Positions 40,661-48,777 of a stretch of 64,000 nucleotides of DNA are shown in pieces. The position numbers were made by a program, and so were the translations under genes. Below the pieces are notes generated by a model. That model was not told the DNA's origin, searched no databases, and saw only the letters and a list, made by a program, of their open reading frames with translations. The stretch comes from Ostreococcus lucimarinus (lineage: Eukaryota): the NCBI GenBank assembly GCA_000092065.1, contig CP000582.1; one strand, given 5' to 3'. Every line of letters begins with the position of its first letter. Position 1 is the first letter of the stretch.

Positions 40661-40717
40661 CCCATTCTAGTACAAGTAGTACATCATACTGTTGCAACGC
40701 TACTTCTAACGCTATAG

Positions 40718-43516
40718 CTAAGTTCGTCGAAACTTTTGATACATTTCCAACAGTTCGCGGTGCGGCGGAGGGCTCGGACGCACGCGCGTCATCGCCGTGG
40801 CGACGTGACGGGCAAAGACTCTGTCGGCGTCGATGCTCTCCTCCAGCGCCGCCAGCGCAGCCTCTCGGGATATCGCGGACAGGTCTGCACCCGTATAACC
40901 ATGAGTCGACATCGCGGCCAAGCTCAAATCGACGTCATCCGCAAGCGGCGTATTCTTAAATTGCACTCGCAGAATAGCCATTCGATCTTCGGACGACTGC
41001 GGCGGCGGCACGTAGAGCAGGCGATCGAATCGGCCGGGGCGCAACAGTGCGCCGTCGACTAAGTCGGGACGGTTAGTCGCCGCGACAACAGTCACGTTCG
41101 TCGTCGGGGATAAGCCATCCATCTCTCCAAGGAGCTGCGTGATGACGCGGTCCTGCACGGAGGGCGCGCCGCCTTGTTCGCCACCGCCGCGTGTGCCGGC
41201 CAATCCGTCTACCTCATCTATGAATATCACTGAAGGAGCGGATGTCCTGGCGCGGGAAAACACCGCGCGCACGGCTTTTTCAGAGTCTCCTACCCATTTT
41301 GAAAACAGCTCAGATCCCTTAATGGAGATGAAATTGCGTCCCGACGCGCTCGCCACCGCTCGCGCCAGCATTGTCTTGCTACACCCGGGAGGGCCGTATA
41401 GCAGAATACCTTTAGGCGGCGAAGCTCCGACGCGCTTCATTGCGTCTGGATGCTTCTCCGCCCACTCAACGGCTTCTTTCAAGCGATCCTTTACTTCGTC
41501 AAGACCTCCGACGTCGTCCCAAGCGACGTTTGGAACTTCGATGGCTACTTCGCGCAACGCGCTCGGCCGGACTTTCACGCGCGCGTGCTCGAAATCGTCC
41601 ATAATCACTCGCTCGTCACGAGATGATATGTCGATGTCGCCAATCGCACGTGCGACGCCGTCGACATCATCGCTGACGCCGGATGACCGCTTGGACGTTT
41701 TTTCGATCACGCGAGTCAGCGCGCGCATCGCCGCGTTTTGGCACAGCGACGCGATGTCGGCGCCGACGAACCCGTGCGCTCGTCGCGCGAGATCCACGAT
41801 GTATTCCTCAGTCAAATCGTGATTTAAACCACGAAGATGCGTTTGAAGAATTTCTAATCGATCGCTGGGCGTGGGCACGCCCACTTCGAGCTCGCGATCG
41901 AATCTTCCAGGGCGCCGAAGAGAGCGTTCGATTGCGTCCGGTCTATTCGTCGTCGCGATGACGACGACGCGATCGAGCTCGGGAACGTTCGATGATGTAC
42001 CGTCAAATATGGCGAGCATCGTGGCGACGATTCGCGACGACATCATATCGTCTCCCCCCGAGGACTGATTGCGCGCGGGAGCGATGGCGTCGAGTTCGTC
42101 GAGCAGCACCACGCTCGGGGCTGCTTTCACCGCGGCGAGAAAGACGCCGCGAAGCGCCTCTTCGCTCTCTCCCATGTGCGCGCTCACGAGCTCTGGACCG
42201 TTCACGACGAACAATTTTGCGTTCGATGCTTGCGCGGCGGCGCGCGCGAGACGCGTTTTCCCCGAACCCGGCGGTCCGTAAAGTAACACTCCCCGAGGCG
42301 GCTTCACTCCGCATCGCGTGAACACCTCTGGGCTTTCGAGTGGCAGCGTCACGAGCTCGCGCAGCGCCGCTTCGTGGTCAGCCACGCCACCGAGACTATC
42401 GAACGAGACATCTTGCGACATCGCCACTCGAGACGCGCGCTTCACCGCGGACGCGACAACGTCGTCGTCGTCGTCATCTGACTCGCTCGCTCCGTCGCTC
42501 GACGACGCGTCGTCGCCGCCTTCCTCGCGCGGGTACAAAACGATGCGCGTCCTCGCCGAAATCTCCACGCCCCTGTCACCGACATCGGGCTCGAGCCGAA
42601 TCACTTTGAACATCGCGCTCGTCCCGAGCAATGGCAAGCGCACGAGATTCCCGACCAACAGTCCGCGGCCGTCCAGCGCGCGTCTGGCGAGCGCTTCCAA
42701 AATACCGCGCTGCCGCGCCGCCGTTCGCCCACCGCCTCCCGCGCGTAGTCCACGCTCGAGCCACACCGCGGCCTCTCCGCCGACGTCCAACTCGAGCGCC
42801 CAAAGCTTCAAATGGGCCACGATTTCACCCTCCGCCTCGAACGCGTCAATCGGTCCAGCCGCGTCCCGTCGCGTCTGCGCGCTCAAAATCGTCCCGCCCG
42901 ACGGGCACCCCATCGATAACCAAACCTTCCGCGAAAGCGACACGCCGTCGTCCCCTAAACCCGCGGTCGGCCACGCGCGCGCCAACACCACGCGCGCGCC
43001 GCACGTCTCGTCTTCGTCGTCTTCATCGCGATCCGCGTCGACGTCCAAGTTTAACGCGCGCCGCGCCGCCGCCGCGTGCGTCGTCGCGCGCGTCGCCCTC
43101 TCATCACCATTCTCCACCATTTCCACCCGCGTCGCCGCCCGCGCGTCGCCCGCGTCGCTGGTTTTCGTTTTCCCTCTCCCTCGCTTCGGCGTCGCGAGCG
43201 TCGCGCCGTCGTTTCCGTCTTCTCGCCGCGCGTAGCTTCGCAACTCGACCCACGCGCCCGCGCGAGCGCCGACCGCCCGCGCGAGCTTCGCCGACATCAC
43301 GCAGTGCGCGTGCGCGCCCGCGCCCTGCGCCACGGGCTCGCGCGCGTCGACGCGCATCGCGCGAACGCCGTCGGGGAGGTAGACGACGCCATCGTCGCTC
43401 GTCAAAGACGCCGACGCGACCGCCGCCGGGACGCATTCGTCGGGAGAATCGTCGCGGTGTCGCCCGCGCGCGCGACGCGCGGGCGAACGCGCGCGTCTGG
43501 ACGCGCGCGACGCCAT
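40718..43516 (-). CDS. Type-II AAA+ ATPase with two tandem AAA domains (NVL/Rix7 or AFG2/SPATA5-like; ribosome-biogenesis family; Cdc48 relative)
   Basis: D1 GVLLYGPPGSGKTRLARAAA...FLDELDAIAP. D2 GILLYGPPGCSKTMLARAVASASGRNFISIKGSELFSKWVGDSEKAVRAVFSRARTSAPSVIFIDEVDGLAG, with SRH motifs. The track start is TTG; the first ATG (MASRASRRARSP) is at about 43516. Confidence 0.8.
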   Translation of the reverse strand: MASRASRRARSPARRARGRHRDDSPDECVPAAVASASLTSDDGVVYLPDGVRAMRVDAREPVAQGAGAHAHCVMSAKLARAVGARAGAWVELRSYARREDGNDGATLATPKRGRGKTKTSDAGDARAATRVEMVENGDERATRATTHAAAARRALNLDVDADRDEDDEDETCGARVVLARAWPTAGLGDDGVSLSRKVWLSMGCPSGGTILSAQTRRDAAGPIDAFEAEGEIVAHLKLWALELDVGGEAAVWLERGLRAGGGGRTAARQRGILEALARRALDGRGLLVGNLVRLPLLGTSAMFKVIRLEPDVGDRGVEISARTRIVLYPREEGGDDASSSDGASESDDDDDDVVASAVKRASRVAMSQDVSFDSLGGVADHEAALRELVTLPLESPEVFTRCGVKPPRGVLLYGPPGSGKTRLARAAAQASNAKLFVVNGPELVSAHMGESEEALRGVFLAAVKAAPSVVLLDELDAIAPARNQSSGGDDMMSSRIVATMLAIFDGTSSNVPELDRVVVIATTNRPDAIERSLRRPGRFDRELEVGVPTPSDRLEILQTHLRGLNHDLTEEYIVDLARRAHGFVGADIASLCQNAAMRALTRVIEKTSKRSSGVSDDVDGVARAIGDIDISSRDERVIMDDFEHARVKVRPSALREVAIEVPNVAWDDVGGLDEVKDRLKEAVEWAEKHPDAMKRVGASPPKGILLYGPPGCSKTMLARAVASASGRNFISIKGSELFSKWVGDSEKAVRAVFSRARTSAPSVIFIDEVDGLAGTRGGGEQGGAPSVQDRVITQLLGEMDGLSPTTNVTVVAATNRPDLVDGALLRPGRFDRLLYVPPPQSSEDRMAILRVQFKNTPLADDVDLSLAAMSTHGYTGADLSAISREAALAALEESIDADRVFARHVATAMTRVRPSPPPHRELLEMYQKFRRT

Positions 43517-43681
43517 CGCGCACGTCGTGCGCGCGCGCGCGCGGTCGTTCGCGGGCGCGCGCGGCGGTGTGCAGCTCGAAATCGATGGACGATTGAGATA
43601 CAAAAAGAAAAGCGTCGTTACAACAAAATGCGCGTACGCGCGGCGCTTAAAGGCGCGACGATCGACGATGACGACGATCTA

Positions 43682-44425
43682 TCACGCTCGTAAAGTTTGA
43701 TCAAAGTGCCAGGCCGCCATGCCGTCGCCCGGCGGACCCATGCGCAGGAGCGTGGCGACCATCTCGCTCACCTCGCGAACGCTCTCCACCTGCGGCGCGA
43801 GCATCTCGCCCTCGAGAAAATCGCACATGTGCGCGTCCCCGGCGTCGTCCGCCACGCGATGCAGCTCGCACAGCTTATCGTTGTTTAACTTTTCCAAGCT
43901 CAGGCTCAGTTCGAGCGCGTACAGCGCGCATCCCTTCTCCGGATGATCGTACTCGCTCTGCGGCGGCAACAGTTGCTGCAGCTCGACGCGCCCGCCGCGC
44001 AGATTCATGTATTCCATCAACTGTTCCGCGTGCTCGCGCTCCTCCAGCGCCTCGCGCTTGAAGTGTTCCGCGAATCCCTTCAGCGCGACGTTATCTCTCG
44101 AGAAATACGCCCACATCGCGTGATAGATGTACGACACGTTGTACTCGACGTTGATTTGCGCGTTGAGCGCGAGCTCGCACTCGTTGGCGAATCCGCTCCT
44201 CGCGAACGAGTACTCCACCGATTGCGTCTTCACCGGGTGCGTCGTCTGCGCCTCGACGATCGCTCGACTCTGCGTCGTTTCGTTCGCCGCGTCCGCGTCG
44301 GTCGCGTTCGCGCGCGCGCGCGCGCGTTCGATCGGTCGACGTCGATCGCGATTCGAATTCGATCGCCGCGCGGCGTTCGATCGTCGCGCCATCGTCGCGC
44401 GCGTCGCCGTCTCGGCGCGCATCGC
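43682..44425 (-). CDS. Ferritin (plant/plastid type) with N-terminal transit-peptide-like extension
   Basis: QNYAEECE-type core. FANECELALNAQINVEYNVSYIYHAMWAYFSRDNVALKGFAEHFKREALEEREHAEQLMEYMNLRGGRV carries the ferroxidase ligands E, ExxH. The track start is a GTG 5 bp from the COG3 ATG. The start is moved to the internal ATG at about 44425 (MRAETATRATMARR...) and is uncertain. Confidence 0.75.
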   Translation of the reverse strand, partial: AMRAETATRATMARRSNAARRSNSNRDRRRPIERARARANATDADAANETTQSRAIVEAQTTHPVKTQSVEYSFARSGFANECELALNAQINVEYNVSYIYHAMWAYFSRDNVALKGFAEHFKREALEEREHAEQLMEYMNLRGGRVELQQLLPPQSEYDHPEKGCALYALELSLSLEKLNNDKLCELHRVADDAGDAHMCDFLEGEMLAPQVESVREVSEMVATLLRMGPPGDGMAAWHFDQTLRA

Positions 44426-44601
44426 GCGGGCGAATCGAGCGGTCGTCGTCGTCGTCGTCGTCGCGGTCGTCGTCGCGGTCAAAGTCGCGCCGCGCGTCGC
44501 GGTCGGCGTCGCGAAGTGCGAATTCGTGACGTCGCACATCGCGACGACGCGCGACGACCGCGCGGGCGCGACGATCGAGCGCGGCGAAATATTCACCGTC
44601 G

Positions 44602-44847
44602 ATGGAGACGGCGCGCGCGATGGAGACGGCTCGAGACGCGCGCGACGCGAAGCCGCGTGCGGTGCGACGCGCGTACGCGGTGGCGCACGGGTGGGAGCAC
44701 GCGAGCGCGCTGCGCGAGACGCAGCGCGCGGCGATCGGAGCGCTCGGGACGCGCGCGCGCGACGGTCGCGGACGCGCGCTCGGGACGCGGGCGGCGCGGG
44801 ACGGGACGGAGACGGCGACGCGCGAGGGAGGGGAAGGGGAGGCGGGA

Positions 44848-44880
<33 letters not shown>

Positions 44881-47040
44881 ACGACGAGCGGGAAGGGGCG
44901 CGAAGACGCGATGAAAGGGCTGACGACGGCGCACGCGTTTTACGCGTGGTACGCGGACGTGGAGGAGACGATGGACGAGGCGCGGAGGCGAGCGAGACGA
45001 CGGGAGGCGGACGCGCTGCGCGCGGAGATTGAGAGGCGAGACGACGCGTTACGAAAATTGGAGGAGGTGGAGACGGGGGTTAAAACGCTCGTCGACGCGC
45101 AGGCGGCGCTGAAGCTGAGGGCGAGGCGGACGCAGGAGGAAAGCGAGCGGTTGATCGCGGAGAAGGATCGTCTGCTTGAGTTCGCGGACGCGCTGCGGGG
45201 AAAGCTGGATTATTTCGACCAGTTGGAAAAGGTGGCGGAGCAGTTTCAGGCTGGGGTTATCATCTCGGGCGCGAGCGATGCGAGTGGGGCGAGCTTGGCG
45301 CCGCGCGAGCAGGTGATGCCGATGCTGAAGCGTCTGGACGATTGCCTGGATTTTGTGGCGTCGCATCCGCAATACGCCGACGGCGGAAGTTACGGGACCA
45401 AGTTTCGACAGTTGCAAAATCGAGCGATGAGCACAGTGCGCGAATATTACGTCTCAGCCTTGCGCAAGGCGACGAAACACGTGCAAGATGTAGCGAAGGG
45501 TAAGACTGGTGTGAGCGGCGGCGAGGATGAGTACGACGAGCTCGTGGTCGAGGAGGGGAGTGCGACGACTTTGTTGTACGTTCGCTTTCGCGCCGCCGCG
45601 GCGGAACTGCGCGATCTCACCGAGGAGCTCGAAAAGCGAGGGCATCACGAAGAGTACGCCGCGCTTCTCTCGGACTGCCACGTGTTATACTGCGAGCAGC
45701 GTGCTCTTCTCCTCGCCGGGTCGGTTCGGACGAAGATGCGCGCCATAGCGACAGCCGAGCGTGGAGCGGATGTCATAGCTCTCGCGAGAATCGGCACTGC
45801 CTATCTCGTCGAAGTTTGTCAGGCAGAGTTCGCTCTGTTCAAACACTTTTTCCCGCAAACCGATCCCACGGGGGCCTTGTCCGCGCTCATGATTCCGCTC
45901 GGAACGTACTTGAGCGACATTTTGCGGCCAAAGTACATTTCAATCACCGAGTTGGCTTTATTGGCTGAGCTCGTCGAGGCGCTCAAGGGCGAGATCATCG
46001 AGGACGTAACCTCGAAGATTGACAATGCGCTAGCCTTGGAGCCGGCGATGCGAAGAATCCTGTCAGATGTTCAAGAGAGACTGATCTTCCGCGCGCAGAC
46101 TTACGTGAAGGATCAGGTGGGCAACTATCGAGCCACCGCGGCTGATTTGGACTTTCCCGCCAAACTCGTGCGCGCACTGCAAGCGAAGTCGTCTGGCGGC
46201 GACTCGGAGGACGACATTAAAAATTGGTACCCTCCACTCGAGCGCACACTGACGTGCTTATCTAAACTATATCGCTGCGTGGAGATCAAAACATTCGCGG
46301 GATTGGCGCAAGAGGCGGTGTCGCTGTGCGCGGACAATATCGCCGCCGCTGCGCGCGCAGTGGCGTCGAAAGCGACTCCGGTAGACGGTCAGCTCTTCCT
46401 CATCAAGCACTTGATCATCTTGCGCGAACAAATCGCGCCATTCAACGCCGAGTTTGCGGTTTCCATCAAGGATTTGGACTTTACCCATATGCGCGGGCAA
46501 ATGCGCCGAATGCTCGGCGGAGAGATGTCCTTCTTTTCGCTGACGCAAGACAACGCATTCTACCAGCTCGCTTCTGAAGGTCGACCGCGCGTCGTCGAGA
46601 GCAAAATCGACTCCAAGAGAGAGCTCGAGAAGCAACTTCAAGCCGCGTGTGAAGCGTACATCATGAGTATCACGAAACTCATCGTCGATCCAATGCTCAG
46701 TTTCATCACCAAGGTGACCGCGTTTCGCGTGTCGACGACGTCGCAGGGGAAATCCATCAAAGACGCAGCCTTTGCTTCGGAAGAAAAACTCGCAGCCATC
46801 GCGAAACAAGTCAAAACCTCGCTCGCAGACGAGCTCCCGAAGGCCGTCTACACCATGAAGTTGTACTTGCACGCGGAAAATACCCGCGAGGCGTTGCTCA
46901 AGCCCATCAAGAGCAACGTCGCCGAAGCCTTCGCGCAAATCGCCGCCATCATCGACGCCGACTTTCCTCCCGGCACCGCCGCGCGCGTCGGCCTTCTCGA
47001 CCCCGCGCAGCTCGCCGCCGCGATTGAGGACGCGAGTTAG
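44602..47040 (+). CDS. COG3: Conserved oligomeric Golgi complex subunit 3 (COG3/Sec34)
   Basis: ATG at 44602. CLDFVASHPQYADGGSYGTKFRQLQNRAMSTVREYYVSALRKAT aligns with human COG3 CIAYVKAHPNFKDYPIYLLKFKQCLSKAMHLMKTYTVNTLQTLT. Length is about 810 aa. An internal (GAC)10 encodes a poly-Asp insert. Confidence 0.7.
44848..44877 (+). repeat. (GAC)n microsatellite inside the COG3 CDS (encodes a poly-Asp tract)
   Basis: gacgacgac... x10; translated as GDDDDDDDDDDATT. Confidence 0.9.
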
Positions 47041-47105
47041 CGTCGCGACGCGCGCGCCAGATTAGAATCGCTCCGTGTAACACCCCACACTGCGCCGATC
47101 GCTCG

Positions 47106-48572
47106 ATGCCCTCGGACGACGACGACGACGTCCCGGAGCAGACCGCCGGAAATCGACGCCTGCTCGCGTCGGAGGAGGACGCGCGCCGTCGTAAGCGCGA
47201 GCGCCCGCGCGCGGTGTCGGTTTGGAAACTTTGCGGAATCAATGCGTTTTTCCTCGCCTACGGCGCGTGGATATCCTCGTTCGCCATCGTGACGCTGCCG
47301 TACGAGTCGACGAGGTTTTTCCCGGACGCCGACGCGGTGGCGCTGGGAGGGTTCATGTTCATCGCCGGCGCGAGTCAGATGTCGGGGCCGTGGGCGGGAT
47401 ACGTGAGCGATCGCACGCGGAGCGCGTACGGTAGACGGCGCCCGGTGCTCGTCAAAGGCGCCGTCGTCGCGGCGCCGTCGTTGGTGATGTTACTCGTGGC
47501 GCGAACGTACTACGGCTCGCTGGGGGGGTGGGCGCCGACGCTGTATTACGTCGCGTTCACGGCGACGATGCTGGCGCTGAACGTGATGTACACGGCGGCG
47601 AGCGGCATCGTGCCGGATATGATTCCGGACGATCAGACGGGACAGTCGAATGGGGTGCTGGCGGCGATGAGTGCGGCGGGGGCGTGCATGGGATTCGTGT
47701 ACACGATGGTGTATCCAGACGTGGGGAGCTTGTATTGGTTTTATCTCGCGCTGTTGGCGACGTGCGTGCCGATTACGTGTTATTGCGCCACGGAAGAGTC
47801 TTCGCTCGGTGGTGTAGCATCGTCAGATGACGTAGAGAGCAGTGCGAGGGAAGGTTCGACTTCTGCGACGGTCGACTCGGCGTTTTCGTGGCGCGAGCTG
47901 GCGTCGATGTACACGATTTCGCCTTTTGTTCCGGAACAAAAATCATTCTTTTGGCTCTTCGTTTGCCGCACGTTGTACTATACCGGCATCAGCGCTCAAG
48001 TGTTTTTGCTGTACTTGCTCAGAGATACCGCCGTGAAAGAAGATGGAAGTGGGCTCGAGGGACACGAGCCACAGCAAACGGTTGCACGCTTGTCCTTCAT
48101 CGGCCAAGTCGGCGGCATGATCGCCGCCTATCCCGCTGGTTTGCTGAGCGACGTCTTCGGTCGAAAGCCATTGATCGTCATCGCGTGCGCGGGCATTATA
48201 TCTGTGTACATCATGTTTATGTACATCCACCGATTGACGTCGATCATGTACATTGGCGTGTATTACGGCGCGTTGAACGGCATGTTCCTCTCGGTCGATT
48301 ACGCGCTCGCCATCGACTGTTTACCGAGCCGAGAAAACGCCGCGCGATGGCTCGCGGTTTGGGGTGTCGCCAGTTTCATCGGCACCTCCATCGGTCCGAC
48401 TGTGTTCGCCTTGATTCTTCACTTTTCTCCGCAGCCCGCCGACGGACGAGCGTACGGTTCGTCTCAAGAAGGGTACGACGTCATGCTCGTCGTCGGCGCC
48501 GTGTGGATGGCCCTCTGCGCCTCGTTCCTGTGCTTGGTCGACTCGAAGAAGCCCCGCGCGCGCGAACTGTAG
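47106..48572 (+). CDS. Major-facilitator-superfamily transporter (MFS_2/GPH, sugar/cation symporter-like)
   Basis: ATG at 47106. Twelve hydrophobic segments. The loop motif GPWAGYVSDRTRSAYGRRRPVLVKG is the GPH/SLC45-type D-R-x-x-x-GRRRP. Confidence 0.7.
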   Translation: MPSDDDDDVPEQTAGNRRLLASEEDARRRKRERPRAVSVWKLCGINAFFLAYGAWISSFAIVTLPYESTRFFPDADAVALGGFMFIAGASQMSGPWAGYVSDRTRSAYGRRRPVLVKGAVVAAPSLVMLLVARTYYGSLGGWAPTLYYVAFTATMLALNVMYTAASGIVPDMIPDDQTGQSNGVLAAMSAAGACMGFVYTMVYPDVGSLYWFYLALLATCVPITCYCATEESSLGGVASSDDVESSAREGSTSATVDSAFSWRELASMYTISPFVPEQKSFFWLFVCRTLYYTGISAQVFLLYLLRDTAVKEDGSGLEGHEPQQTVARLSFIGQVGGMIAAYPAGLLSDVFGRKPLIVIACAGIISVYIMFMYIHRLTSIMYIGVYYGALNGMFLSVDYALAIDCLPSRENAARWLAVWGVASFIGTSIGPTVFALILHFSPQPADGRAYGSSQEGYDVMLVVGAVWMALCASFLCLVDSKKPRAREL

Positions 48573-48777
48573 AACTGTAAGCCACGCCTAGATCGAGTCA
48601 GCTCTCGTCGCGCCCTGCGCACCGCGCCGCGTCGACGTCGCGCGTCCAATCGAATCGGAACATCGCGCCGTTCCTTTTTTCGGAAATGAAAAGGGAGACG
48701 AAGAGTCGCCGAAACGCTCGCGCGCGCGCGGGGTGCGCGGCCGCACGTCGACGCGCGCGGCGTCGCGAGCGCGCGGG

